A stretch of 64,000 nt of DNA from an uncultured Acidobacteriota bacterium (lineage in GTDB: Bacteria; Acidobacteriota; Vicinamibacteria; Fen-336), in NCBI GenBank assembly GCA_902826455.1, contig CADEEV010000001.1, positions 298,983 to 362,982 of the forward strand, written 5' to 3'. Numbering within the stretch: position 1 is the first letter of the stretch; the number at the start of each line of letters is the position of its first letter. Under the pieces are notes generated by a model. That model worked only from the letters and a program-made list of their open reading frames with translations, had not been told where the DNA came from and did not search any database. Shown here in pieces: positions 10,896 through 19,905 of the stretch. The position numbers and the translations under genes were made by a program.

Positions 10896-11792
10896 CTAGC
10901 CGTCCTTCTTGAGCTGCTCGATGAGCTCGGCGATCTTGGCGTCCGCCTCGTCGGCCGGCAGCAGGCACGTGCCCGCGCCCTTGTGGCCGCCGCCCCCGTA
11001 CTTGGACATGAGGATGCCCACGGTGGTGCGGCTGGTGCGGTTGAAGATCGAATGCCCGACCGCCGCGGCGACGCTCTGCCGGTTGGGACCCCAATGGACG
11101 CGCAGCGAGACGTTCGCTTCCGGGAACAGCGTGTAGACGAGGAAGCGGTTGCCCACGGGCAACGGGCTCACGTTGCGGAAGTCGGTGAACACGACGTTGC
11201 CGTCGAGGCGCGAATGGGCCTGGGTGAGCTCGCGGAAGCTCTTGTCCTGCTCGCGCAGCTTCGCGGTGCGCTCCATGACGTCGGGGAGCCCGAGTACCGC
11301 CTCGATCGGGTACTTCTTCAGGGCCTCCACGAGCTTCAGGAAGTAGTCGCGCCACGAGCCGAGCCCCGTGCGGGGATCGAGGGTCAGCCCGAGCAGGATG
11401 TACTCCTTCGGGTCGAGCACGTCGTCCATCGTGAGCAGCGCCGCGTCCAGGCGATCCGTCTCGACCAGCAGCTTCTCGTACTTCTTGAGGCCGGGATTCT
11501 TGCCGACGTAGTAGTCGTAGACGACCCGCGCCGCGGACGGCGCCAGGGCGTAGCGGCCGTCGAAGGCCTCGCGCGGGAAGTCGTTGTTGTCGGTCAGCAG
11601 GTGATGGTCGAACCACTTGCCGCAGGCCGGCGAGAACGGCAGGTTGGCGAGGATGTCGTCCTTCGTCACCGTGAAGCGGTTGTCGGTGATGTCCTGGGGG
11701 TGGATCAGCACGACCTCGCTGATCGTCTCGCAGGACGTGATGAAGACGGCGCAGGTGAGCCCGTCCAGGTCGCCTCTGGTCACGAGTCGCAT
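10896..11792 (-). CDS. DHH/DHHA1-family phosphoesterase
   Basis: 298 aa; DHH motif (WFDHH) and a C-terminal GGGH (DHHA1) motif. Confidence 0.75.
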   Translation of the reverse strand: MRLVTRGDLDGLTCAVFITSCETISEVVLIHPQDITDNRFTVTKDDILANLPFSPACGKWFDHHLLTDNNDFPREAFDGRYALAPSAARVVYDYYVGKNPGLKKYEKLLVETDRLDAALLTMDDVLDPKEYILLGLTLDPRTGLGSWRDYFLKLVEALKKYPIEAVLGLPDVMERTAKLREQDKSFRELTQAHSRLDGNVVFTDFRNVSPLPVGNRFLVYTLFPEANVSLRVHWGPNRQSVAAAVGHSIFNRTSRTTVGILMSKYGGGGHKGAGTCLLPADEADAKIAELIEQLKKDG

Positions 11793-11810
11793 GGCGCTGA
11801 TCCTAACTCC

Positions 11811-11855
11811 AAAAAGGGAGCGCCCGGGACCCGTTCGGATGGGTGGCCCGGGCGC
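11811..11855 (-). terminator. Rho-independent terminator for cspA
   Basis: 10-bp GC stem (AGCGCCCGGG / CCCGGGCGCT) with an 18-nt loop, followed on the minus strand by CCCTTTTT, about 25 nt after the cspA stop. Confidence 0.6.
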
Positions 11856-11880
11856 TGCTTGCGCTCGAAATGGTCCGAAG

Positions 11881-12081
11881 CTAGATCTTGCTGACGTTCG
11901 CGGCGCGGGGCCCCTTCGGGCTGTCCACGATCTCGAACCGCACCTTGTCTCCTTCGTTCAGCGTGCGGAACCCCTCCGCGCGGATCTCCGAGTGATGCAC
12001 GAACACGTCGGGACCGCCCTCACGCGAGAGGAACCCGAAACCCTTGGCCTCGTTGAACCACTTCACCGTACCTTCGATCAT
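11881..12081 (-). CDS. cspA: Cold-shock protein (CspA family)
   Basis: 66 aa; [12 protein letters not shown] and [11 protein letters not shown] motifs. Confidence 0.95.
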   Translation of the reverse strand: MIEGTVKWFNEAKGFGFLSREGGPDVFVHHSEIRAEGFRTLNEGDKVRFEIVDSPKGPRAANVSKI

Positions 12082-12185
12082 GAACGTTCAGGCCTCCTAA
12101 GCCTTGCCTAGCGCAACGTCAGCCCGCCCACCGTGGGCGGCCCTTCTGCAACGAACGCCGGTGCGACGGCCACTAGTGCACGAAA

Positions 12186-12214
12186 AAGTTAGCAAGCGGG
12201 CCCGCAGGTGTCAA
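12186..12214 (-). promoter_or_regulatory. Putative sigma70-type promoter for cspA, giving a long 5'UTR
   Basis: Minus strand TTGACA (12214-12209), 17-nt spacer, TAACTT (12191-12186). It lies ~105 nt upstream of the cspA ATG, consistent with the long 5'UTR typical of csp genes. Confidence 0.4.
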
Positions 12215-12230
12215 CGGATTTCCTATATCG

Positions 12231-12785
12231 TTGGCGCGCGTGACCCCCGTCCTCATCGTCGCCTTCGCACTCGTGGCGCTCCCGCAGAAGTCGCCCGGTC
12301 CGGATGCCGCGCGGCTCTCCGCTCTCGAGGCGACCTGTCTCGCCGGGCGCGTCGAGAAGTGCCTGGAGGCAGGACGGGCGCGGCTCGTCGCTGGGGACCG
12401 CGACGGCGCCGCCGGCCTCTACGCAAAGGCGTGCAACGGAGGCCTGCCCGAGGGATGCCTCGGCCTCGCGACGCGTTACGCGGGCCTCGCCTACGCGGCC
12501 CGCGGCTCGGACGACCTCGCCGAGGCCGCGTCCCACGCCGACAAGGCCCTCGACCTGCTCCGCCAGGCCGCCAAGACCCGGCCGAACGTCCTCGAGATCG
12601 CCGAGTGCGAGGCGTGGCTGTGCCGGCTCAAGGGCAGCCTCGCCAGGGGACGCGAGGCGGCCGGCTGGAACGCCCGCGCACGCGAGGCGGAGACCCGCGC
12701 CGACGCCTTGCGGGCGGCGCTCGGCGGCGGCTACGCGCCGGACGTCTTCTGGCGCCCGAGTGCCACGACGTCGTCGCGTCCGTGA
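12231..12785 (+). CDS. Secreted Sel1/TPR-like repeat protein (hypothetical)
   Basis: Signal peptide, then Sel1-like spacing (AGLYAKACNGGLPEGCLGLATRYA). Non-canonical start (TTG). Confidence 0.55.
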   Translation: MARVTPVLIVAFALVALPQKSPGPDAARLSALEATCLAGRVEKCLEAGRARLVAGDRDGAAGLYAKACNGGLPEGCLGLATRYAGLAYAARGSDDLAEAASHADKALDLLRQAAKTRPNVLEIAECEAWLCRLKGSLARGREAAGWNARAREAETRADALRAALGGGYAPDVFWRPSATTSSRP

Positions 12786-12809
12786 CCCCATCGACGTAAG
12801 GAGGCTTCC

Positions 12810-13961
12810 TTGATCCGACCGCTGCTCGCCGTGACGCTCGCCGCCTTCGCCACGACCGCGCTCGCCGCGGAGCCGCGCGCCCGCGACCTCGGCATCCCGT
12901 TCGCCTTCGGCACGCCCGGGAAGAACAACGCGATCACGGACGTGCCCGGGGTCGAGGTGGGCCACACGACGCTCATCGAGGGCAAGGACGTGCGCACGGG
13001 CGTCACGGTGGTGCTGCCGCGCGGCAAGTCCGACGAGGCGAAGAAGCCGTGCCTGGGCGGCTACTTCTCGCTCAACGGCAACGGCGAGATGACGGGCGTC
13101 CACTGGATCGAGGAATCGGGGCTCGTCGACGGACCGATCGCCATCACGAACACGAACTCCGTGGGCGTCGTGCGCGATGCGCTCATCTCCTACGCGGCCA
13201 AGCGCTGGCCCCCGAAGACCAACGACTGGGGCTGGACCGTGTGGTCGCTGCCGATCGTCGCGGAGACCTGGGACGGCGACCTCAACGACATCTACGGGAT
13301 GCACGTGAAGCCCGAGCACCTGTTCCAGGCCATCGACGGCGCTTCGGGCGGCGCCGTCGCCGAGGGCGCGGTCGGCGGCGGCACTGGCATGATCTGCTAC
13401 GAGTTCAAGGGTGGCATCGGCACCTCGTCGCGGGTGCTCGACCGCAAGCACGGCGGGTACGCGGTCGGCGTCCTCGTCCAGTCCAACTTCGGCGTGCGCC
13501 ACCAGCTCCGCGTCGCGGGCATTCCGGTGGGCCTCGAGATCCGCGACGGCCTGGTGCGCCCCGAGGACAACGGCTCCATCATCATCGTAGTGGCGACCGA
13601 CGCGCCGCTGCTCCCCAACCAGGTGAAGCGCCTCGCGCGGCGCGCGGCGCTCGGCATCGCGCGCACGGGGTCCACCGCCAGCAACGGCTCGGGTGACATC
13701 TTCCTCGCCTTCTCGACGGCCAACGCCGCCGCCGCGGCGGAGACCGAGAAGGTGGTGCCGGTGCAGATGCTGCCCAACGACCAGATGAGCGCGCTGTTCG
13801 AGGCGACCGTCGGTGCGGCCGAGGAGGCCGTCATCAACGCTCTCGTGGCGGGCCGCACCATGACCGGCCGCGGCGGCAACACCGTGCTCGGCATGCCCCA
13901 CGACAAGGTGCGCGCGATCCTGAAGCGCCACGGCGTGCTGGTCGAAGCGGCCGGGCGCTAG
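12810..13961 (+). CDS. DmpA / P1 (S58) family L-aminopeptidase
   Basis: 383 aa with signal peptide. DmpA/OAT-fold motifs and the GS|T self-processing region (GGGTGMICYEFKGGIGTSS). Confidence 0.85.
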   Translation: MIRPLLAVTLAAFATTALAAEPRARDLGIPFAFGTPGKNNAITDVPGVEVGHTTLIEGKDVRTGVTVVLPRGKSDEAKKPCLGGYFSLNGNGEMTGVHWIEESGLVDGPIAITNTNSVGVVRDALISYAAKRWPPKTNDWGWTVWSLPIVAETWDGDLNDIYGMHVKPEHLFQAIDGASGGAVAEGAVGGGTGMICYEFKGGIGTSSRVLDRKHGGYAVGVLVQSNFGVRHQLRVAGIPVGLEIRDGLVRPEDNGSIIIVVATDAPLLPNQVKRLARRAALGIARTGSTASNGSGDIFLAFSTANAAAAAETEKVVPVQMLPNDQMSALFEATVGAAEEAVINALVAGRTMTGRGGNTVLGMPHDKVRAILKRHGVLVEAAGR

Positions 13962-14953
13962 CGGTAATTGAGGTCGAGCTCGCGGCGCAGGTTGCGGGCG
14001 CGGTCCTTCGCGACCGAGTGGTCGCCGAAGAAGAAGTTCACGGCCTTGTTGTCGTCGCCGTACTTCTTCGCGAAGCGCTCCCACAGCGTCGGGCCCTGCT
14101 CGACGTCGTAGCCCGCCTCGTAGGCGTAGCGCAGGCCCACGCGGTCGGCCTGGTCTTCCTGGTCGCGCCCGTAGCCGCTCGTGAGCGCCGAGCCCAGCAG
14201 CAGCGCTCCGAGCTGGACGCCCAGGCGCTTGCCGGTGCCGTCGATCTCCTCGGCGGCGCCCGCGACCGCGGCGCTCCCGAGCATCACGAGGATCTGCTTC
14301 TTGTAGCCCTTGCGCGAGTGCTCGTGGGTTGCGTGACTCAGCTCGTGGCCGAGCACGATCGCGACCTCGTCGTCGTTCATCTCGTTCAGGAGGCCGCTGT
14401 AGACGTAGATGGAGCGATTGGGCGCCGCCATCGCGTTCCAGTCCTTGTTGTCGACCACGTAGACGCGGAAGTCGCCCGGCGTCAGGTACGGCGGGCACAG
14501 GCGCTCGACGATCGAGCGCACGCGGCGCACGGCCCGGCCCGACTCCTCGAGGCGGCCGAGCTCGACCCGCTCGCCTTCGTCGTCCTCCTCGAACACCGCG
14601 CCCTCGTCCCGGTACTGCTTCTCGGTCTGGTTGAACGACTCCACCAGATCGGACTCGAACAACGCGCTGCCGTTGGGCTTGGCCTCGAGCTCGTCGGCCA
14701 GCAGCGTCCCGTCGCCGAGGCGCGTCCCCGTGACCTTGACCTCGTAGCCGAGAGGGATGCGCGAGAGATCCCGCGTGGCCGAGCCCTTGAAGCGCGTCCG
14801 GGCGCCGACGCGCACGCGTTGCCCGTCGACGATCAGGGCGTCGCCGCGCTGGAACTCGGCGTAGCCCTCGTGCTTCTCGGCCGCCTGCAGGCCAGGCACG
14901 CCGCCCAGGGCGAGCAGGCCGAAAGCGAGCGCCGCAGCGCCCGCGCGCCTCAC
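13958..14953 (-). CDS. M48-family zinc metallopeptidase
   Basis: HELSH zinc motif (LGHELSHATHEH) plus a downstream glutamate; signal peptide. Confidence 0.85.
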   Translation of the reverse strand: MRRAGAAALAFGLLALGGVPGLQAAEKHEGYAEFQRGDALIVDGQRVRVGARTRFKGSATRDLSRIPLGYEVKVTGTRLGDGTLLADELEAKPNGSALFESDLVESFNQTEKQYRDEGAVFEEDDEGERVELGRLEESGRAVRRVRSIVERLCPPYLTPGDFRVYVVDNKDWNAMAAPNRSIYVYSGLLNEMNDDEVAIVLGHELSHATHEHSRKGYKKQILVMLGSAAVAGAAEEIDGTGKRLGVQLGALLLGSALTSGYGRDQEDQADRVGLRYAYEAGYDVEQGPTLWERFAKKYGDDNKAVNFFFGDHSVAKDRARNLRRELDLNYR

Positions 14954-15420
14954 GAGCGGTCGGAGGGAAGCAGGGCGCCCAGGGCCCAGCCGAGCATGCC
15001 CACGATCCCGTTCACGATCATGTTGGTGACGAGGCCGCCGACGCGCCGTCCCAGGGCCTCGCCCAGGGGGATCGCCGCCGCGACGTTCAGGGCCCGCGGG
15101 TTGTTGAAGTACGTGTCGAGGCCGAGGAGGTACGAGGCCAGGGTCGAGAGCAGGATCACCAGCTGGGTCACGAAGGCCAGCGCCGCTCCCATGCTCACGG
15201 CCTGGAGGAGCGTGAAGCCGCGCCAGCGCCGGCCGAAGGCGCCGTAGAAGATGGAGCCGAAGATCGTCAGGGTGACCAGGCTCATCTTGTCCGTGCCGAC
15301 CTCGTACGGCACGCGGAAGCTCAGCATCCAGCGCCCCACGGTCACGATCGCGAGCAGCACGAAGTAGGGGCGGGCAAGGCGCAGGTACTGGGCCATGGAA
15401 GTCTCCTGGGCGCGCATCAT
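14950..15420 (-). CDS. Small integral membrane protein (hypothetical)
   Basis: 156 aa with 4 predicted TM segments; ATGA-coupled to the M48 peptidase gene. Confidence 0.55.
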   Translation of the reverse strand: MMRAQETSMAQYLRLARPYFVLLAIVTVGRWMLSFRVPYEVGTDKMSLVTLTIFGSIFYGAFGRRWRGFTLLQAVSMGAALAFVTQLVILLSTLASYLLGLDTYFNNPRALNVAAAIPLGEALGRRVGGLVTNMIVNGIVGMLGWALGALLPSDRS

Positions 15421-15427
15421 AACCGGA

Positions 15428-15697
15428 TCAGCTCCAGCCCAGCCCGCCGCTCGAGGGATCGACGACGAGGCTGCGCGCGAAGGCCTCGAGGTCGACGAGC
15501 GCCGCTGGTGTCGGAGGCTTCGAAAGGCCGCTCACGCGGATCCCCGTGACTCGCCGGGAGTCCACGGCGTCGCGGACGGCCTCGGCGCTCGCGGCCTTCA
15601 GCAGGACGCGCGCGTAGTCCTCGAGCGCGACCTCGCCCGGCTCGTCGATCGCGTGACCCGTCGAGAGCGGCAGCAGGACGTCGGCCGGCGAAGGCAT
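15428..15697 (-). CDS. Hypothetical protein
   Basis: 89 aa with unbiased composition, packed tightly between the PilZ and membrane-protein genes on the same strand; no recognisable domain. Confidence 0.35.
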   Translation of the reverse strand: MPSPADVLLPLSTGHAIDEPGEVALEDYARVLLKAASAEAVRDAVDSRRVTGIRVSGLSKPPTPAALVDLEAFARSLVVDPSSGGLGWS

Positions 15698-15700
15698 CGG

Positions 15701-16390
15701 CTAGCCCGCCTGGACGAGGCGATCGGGGGCTTCCGCGTCGAGGAAGTGCAGGTTGAGCCGCGGGATCCGGTCCTGGCCGATGTAGACGTTGCAGATCTCG
15801 GCGCGGGTCTTGAAGGGTCCGCCCAGCTCCTCGATCATGACGATCTCGCCCTTGGCGAGCGGCAGCGACGTCATCACGCGCGCGCCGCCCTTGCCGAGGT
15901 TCTCCGCGACGGTGCGCTCCTCCGAGCCGCTTCCCGTGAGCCCGATCCGCTGCAGCTTCAGGTTCACGAACACGTTGTCGAGGCGCGTCCGCAGCCGGCG
16001 TTCCTTCGGCGGGGGAGGCGGATCGCTCGGGAGCAGGTAGAGGCCGCCGGGGTTCTTGTCGTAGCCGCGCGGGGGGGTCTTGCCGAGGAACAGGACGCCC
16101 ACGCGGGATCCCGCGCCCCGGGCCGCGCTCTTCACGTCGCGTACGAGCGCGTACACGTGGTAGGTCGACTCCGCGACGTCGTAGCGTCGGAAGCGCTTGG
16201 GGAGCGGCAGCGACAGCTGGACGGCGCGCCCGACGACCAGGCTCCGCTTGAGAGTGAAGGAAGCCCCGCCGATCGAGGCGTCGTCCGTCGACGTCATCTC
16301 GTCCCACGCGCGCCCGTCCGACTCGGTCCCGTGGACCTGGACGGGCAACGCGAGCGCCATCCGGGGCTCGTTGCGCCGCTCTCTGGACAT
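15701..16390 (-). CDS. Tandem PilZ-domain protein (putative c-di-GMP receptor)
   Basis: RRNEPR...DDASIGGASF motif (RxxxR / D-x-S-x-x-G) and a second PilZ-like half. Start placed at the ATG (MSRERRNEPR); the track ORF begins with TTG 13 codons upstream. Confidence 0.75.
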   Translation of the reverse strand: MSRERRNEPRMALALPVQVHGTESDGRAWDEMTSTDDASIGGASFTLKRSLVVGRAVQLSLPLPKRFRRYDVAESTYHVYALVRDVKSAARGAGSRVGVLFLGKTPPRGYDKNPGGLYLLPSDPPPPPKERRLRTRLDNVFVNLKLQRIGLTGSGSEERTVAENLGKGGARVMTSLPLAKGEIVMIEELGGPFKTRAEICNVYIGQDRIPRLNLHFLDAEAPDRLVQAG

Positions 16391-16411
16391 GGGAACGTCA
16401 GCGAGTCTAAC

Positions 16412-17974
16412 ATGCCGACGGTTTCGCAAATCCCGGAGTCAGAGCCCATGGACCGGCCCGCGCCCGCCTTCTTCGGTCGCTACCAGGTGCTCGAAGAGCT
16501 CGGCTCGGGCGCCATGGGCGTCGTCTACCTGTGCGTGGATCCGCGCCTCGCGCGGCCCGTGGCCGTCAAGGTCCTGAAGGAGTCGGAGTCCATGACGCCC
16601 GCGGACCGCGACCAGTACCACGCGCGCTTCCGGCGCGAGGCCGAGGCCGCCGGCAGTCTCAACCATCCGGGCATCGTCCAGGTCTTCGACATCGGTCCGT
16701 CGTACATGGTGATGGAGTACCTCGAGGGCCGCTCCCTCGCGGCGGCCTTCGCCGCGGGCGCGTCGTTCTCGGTGCGCGACATCGTGAATCTCGTGCAGCT
16801 CGTCGCCGACGCCATCGACCACGCCCACCGCAACGGCATCGTGCATCGCGACGTGAAGCCCGCGAACATCATGCTGACCGAGGGCGGCGGCGTGAAGGTC
16901 CTCGACTTCGGCGTGGCGCGCCTGCCGTCGTCGAATCTCACCGCGATCGGGAGTGTCGTCGGCTCGGTGCGCTACATGTCCCCCGAGCAGATGATGGGTC
17001 ACAAGGTCGACGGCCGCGCCGACGTCTTCTCGATGAGCGCCGTCGCCTACGAGCTGCTGACGGGACGCCCGCCGTTCCCGGGGAAGAGCGTCACCGACAT
17101 CGTCGCGCGCGTGGTCCACGGGCTCCACGTCCCGCCGCGTGAGGTCGACGCGCGGCTCCCCGAGGCGTTGAACGCCGTCTTCGCCCACGCCTTCGCGCCG
17201 CCGCCCCACAAACGCTTCGCGCGCGCCCTCGACCTCGCCCAGGAGCTGGCCACGGTCCTGGCCTCCGTGGCCGATCTCGAGATCCGCCATCCGGGCGAGG
17301 AGCCCGAGACCCTGCCGCCGCATGCCGCGGAGGCCGTGACGCCGCCCGCGGACGCGCCGCCTGCGACGCCCGCTCCGCCGCCGCCCACTCCGCCGCCGCC
17401 GGCGCCGGCGCGTCTCGTTCCCGAGGCGCCGACGACGCATCCCGAGGGGGTGCTGATCCTCGACAGCGATCCGGCCGGGGCCGAGGTGTTTCTCGACAGC
17501 AAGCCGGCCGGTCGTGCACCCCTCGACTCGGTCGACGTGTCGTTCGGCCGACACCTCCTGCGGATGGAGCTGCCGGGCCGCGAGAGCGTCTCGGCGACCA
17601 TCGAGGTGCGACCGGAGCGACCCCTCAAGATCGTGACGTTCACTCTGCCGCTGCCCGGCCCCGGGAGCGGCATGGTGCGGCCCGGTCAGCTCGTGAGCTT
17701 CGGGCCCGACGTGCTGCCGCCCGTGCGCATTTCCGGGCCGGTGCCGCGGCTCCCGGAGAGCGCTCGCGAGCGCGGCCTCGAAGGCACGCCCGCGGCGGAG
17801 GTGTGGGTGAGCGAGACGGGAGAGGTGTTCAACACGGCGCTCGTCGAGTCGGCGGGACGCGTCCTCGACGAGGCGCTCATCGCGGCCGTGTCACGCTGGC
17901 GCTTCGCGCCTGCGACACTGCGCGGCGTGCCGGTGTCGGTGCGGATCGTGATCCAGCACCATTTCCGGCGCTAG
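16412..17974 (+). CDS. Ser/Thr protein kinase fused to a Pro-rich linker, a PEGA domain and a TonB C-terminal domain
   Basis: Hanks kinase motifs (GSGAMGVVY, VAVK, HRDVKPANIM, DFG, SPE). A PEGA-like segment (GVLILDSDPAGAEVFLD), then a TonB_C signature (EVWVSETGEV...AAVSRWRFAPA). The true start is within the 859 aa track ORF at ATG 16412 (alternative 16448). Confidence 0.85.
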   Translation: MPTVSQIPESEPMDRPAPAFFGRYQVLEELGSGAMGVVYLCVDPRLARPVAVKVLKESESMTPADRDQYHARFRREAEAAGSLNHPGIVQVFDIGPSYMVMEYLEGRSLAAAFAAGASFSVRDIVNLVQLVADAIDHAHRNGIVHRDVKPANIMLTEGGGVKVLDFGVARLPSSNLTAIGSVVGSVRYMSPEQMMGHKVDGRADVFSMSAVAYELLTGRPPFPGKSVTDIVARVVHGLHVPPREVDARLPEALNAVFAHAFAPPPHKRFARALDLAQELATVLASVADLEIRHPGEEPETLPPHAAEAVTPPADAPPATPAPPPPTPPPPAPARLVPEAPTTHPEGVLILDSDPAGAEVFLDSKPAGRAPLDSVDVSFGRHLLRMELPGRESVSATIEVRPERPLKIVTFTLPLPGPGSGMVRPGQLVSFGPDVLPPVRISGPVPRLPESARERGLEGTPAAEVWVSETGEVFNTALVESAGRVLDEALIAAVSRWRFAPATLRGVPVSVRIVIQHHFRR

Positions 17975-17975
17975 G

Positions 17976-18242
17976 CTACTTCCGCGCGAGGTACCAGTCG
18001 GCGTCCATCTTCGTGAAGTGGGTCCACTTCTCGGGGACCTCGGCGTCGGGGAAGATCGCCTGGACCGGGCACACCGGCACGCAGGCGCCGCAGTCGATGC
18101 AGGCCTCCGGATCGATGTAGAGCTTGGTCTCGGCCTCGAACTCGGCCTCGTCCTTCTTGGGATGGATGCAGTCGACGGGGCAAACTTCGACGCAGGCCGT
18201 GTCCTTGGTGTTCACGCACGGCTCTGCGATCACGTAGGTCAT
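17976..18242 (-). CDS. fdxA: 7Fe ferredoxin (FdxA type, 3Fe-4S plus 4Fe-4S)
   Basis: 88 aa; CVEVCPVDCI and CIDCGACVPVCP cluster motifs. Confidence 0.85.
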   Translation of the reverse strand: MTYVIAEPCVNTKDTACVEVCPVDCIHPKKDEAEFEAETKLYIDPEACIDCGACVPVCPVQAIFPDAEVPEKWTHFTKMDADWYLARK

Positions 18243-18279
18243 GAGCGGGCCTCCTTGAAGACGCGCCGGAATCCTAACT

Positions 18280-19884
18280 CTACTGGGTGGCCTCGCGCCA
18301 GAGGGCCAGGAGGCGCGCTTCGTTGCCGTTCACCGCGAGTCCCCGACGCAGCTCGGCCTGGGCCGTCTCCTTGTCTCCGCGGTTGAGGGCGGCGCGGGCG
18401 TCCTTGAGCACGCCTTCGATGAGGAGCGAGGCCTCGGCTTCCTCGGCGATCTGCTGGGCCTCCTCGTTGCGCGGCTCACGCACGAGAACGGCGCGGGCCT
18501 CGGCGAGCGCCGCCGCGTAGCGCCCGGCGGCTAGCAGCGCATCGGCGCGCTCGACACGGCCGGCGGCCGGAGCCGGGATCGGCGACGAGCTCGCGCCGAC
18601 GTCGGGTCGCGGCCTCGCGAGGGTCGCCGCCGGCGCGCCCGGAAGGGTCGTCGCGGCGACGACCGGTGCCGCGGCGAGCGTCGTGGTCGGCGGCGGAGTG
18701 ATGGCCGTCGTGACCGGCGGCGCCGCCGCCAGCGACACGGGCGGCGGGGGCGTCGTCCGGCGGGACACGACGACGAAGCCGATCGCCAGGAGCGCCGCGG
18801 CCACGAGGCCCGCCGCGACCGGCCACGGCGATCGGGAGTGCCGCGCGCCGTCCGCCACCGCGAGCATCGGCTCCTCGGCGGTCCCCAGCACCTTCGGCGC
18901 TTCGAACTCCGGCGCCGCCGTGCCGAGGGCGATCGTCTCGCCGGCGAAGTCGTCCACGTGGGGGACCGGAGCCGGCAGAGGCGTGGGCGCCGGCCGCGGA
19001 ACGGCCGCGGTGCGTCCGGCCACCGAGATCTCCGAAGCGAGGGCCCAGTCCGCCGCGCCGCCCAGGTCCGCGAGGGCGCCGGCGAGGTCGGCCGACATGG
19101 TGCGGGCATCGGGATAGCGCGCGTCGGCCTCGCGCTGCAGCGCTCGAGCCAGGACGCCGCGCAGCCGGTCCCACTGGGAGCCCTTGGGAATGAGGCCGAG
19201 GTCGACGTCCTCGTGGGCGATCGAGTACATCAGCGACACCATCGAGTCGCCCGCATGGCCCTTCTCGCCGGTCACGAGCTCGTAGAGGATCAGGCCCACG
19301 GAGAACAGGTCGCTGCGGCCGTCGAGGTCGCCGGCCCGCACCTGCTCGGGCGACATGTAGTGGGGAGTGCCGACCACCATGCCCGCCGTCGTGACGCCGC
19401 CCGCCAGGCGTGCGACGCCGAAGTCCATGATCTTCGCCGGCCGGCGCCGCGGCAGGAAGACGTTCGAGGGCTTGATGTCGCGATGCACGATGCCGCGCTC
19501 GTGGGCGTGGCCGAGGCCCGCGAGGACCTGCAGCACGACCGGCAGCGTCGCCTTGGGATCGGGCCGAACACCGGCTTCGATCGCGCGCTGGAGGTCGAGG
19601 CCCTCGAGGAGCTCGAGAGCCATGAACGGCGAGCCCTGGTGGTCGCCGAGCTCGTAGATGGTGATGATGTTCGGGTGCTGGAGGCGGGCCGCGGCCTGGG
19701 CCTCGCGCTTGAAGCGCGCCCGGGCGTCGGCGTCGCCCCCGTGACCGGCCATCACCTTGAGCGCCACGGGCCGGTCGAGGATCTCGTCGACGCCGCGGTA
19801 GACGACGCCCATCGCCCCGCGTCCGAGCAGCTCCACCACCCGGAAGCGCCCGATCATCGGGGGCAACGGCGCCTCTCGCTTCAC
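18280..19884 (-). CDS. Ser/Thr protein kinase with one TM segment and a C-terminal TPR-like domain
   Basis: Kinase motifs (GRGAMGVVY, HRDIKPSNV, DFG, SPE); TM helix (VAAGLVAAALLAIGFVVV); helical C-terminal repeats. Confidence 0.85.
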   Translation of the reverse strand: MKREAPLPPMIGRFRVVELLGRGAMGVVYRGVDEILDRPVALKVMAGHGGDADARARFKREAQAAARLQHPNIITIYELGDHQGSPFMALELLEGLDLQRAIEAGVRPDPKATLPVVLQVLAGLGHAHERGIVHRDIKPSNVFLPRRRPAKIMDFGVARLAGGVTTAGMVVGTPHYMSPEQVRAGDLDGRSDLFSVGLILYELVTGEKGHAGDSMVSLMYSIAHEDVDLGLIPKGSQWDRLRGVLARALQREADARYPDARTMSADLAGALADLGGAADWALASEISVAGRTAAVPRPAPTPLPAPVPHVDDFAGETIALGTAAPEFEAPKVLGTAEEPMLAVADGARHSRSPWPVAAGLVAAALLAIGFVVVSRRTTPPPPVSLAAAPPVTTAITPPPTTTLAAAPVVAATTLPGAPAATLARPRPDVGASSSPIPAPAAGRVERADALLAAGRYAAALAEARAVLVREPRNEEAQQIAEEAEASLLIEGVLKDARAALNRGDKETAQAELRRGLAVNGNEARLLALWREATQ

Positions 19885-19905
19885 CTCCCGATGATAACCG
19901 GCGCG

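Noticed and set aside
15395-16411. N-terminal 339 codons of the 859 aa plus ORF upstream of the kinase start
   Set aside because: Low-complexity Arg-rich sequence antisense to the PilZ gene. The kinase begins at ATG 16412.
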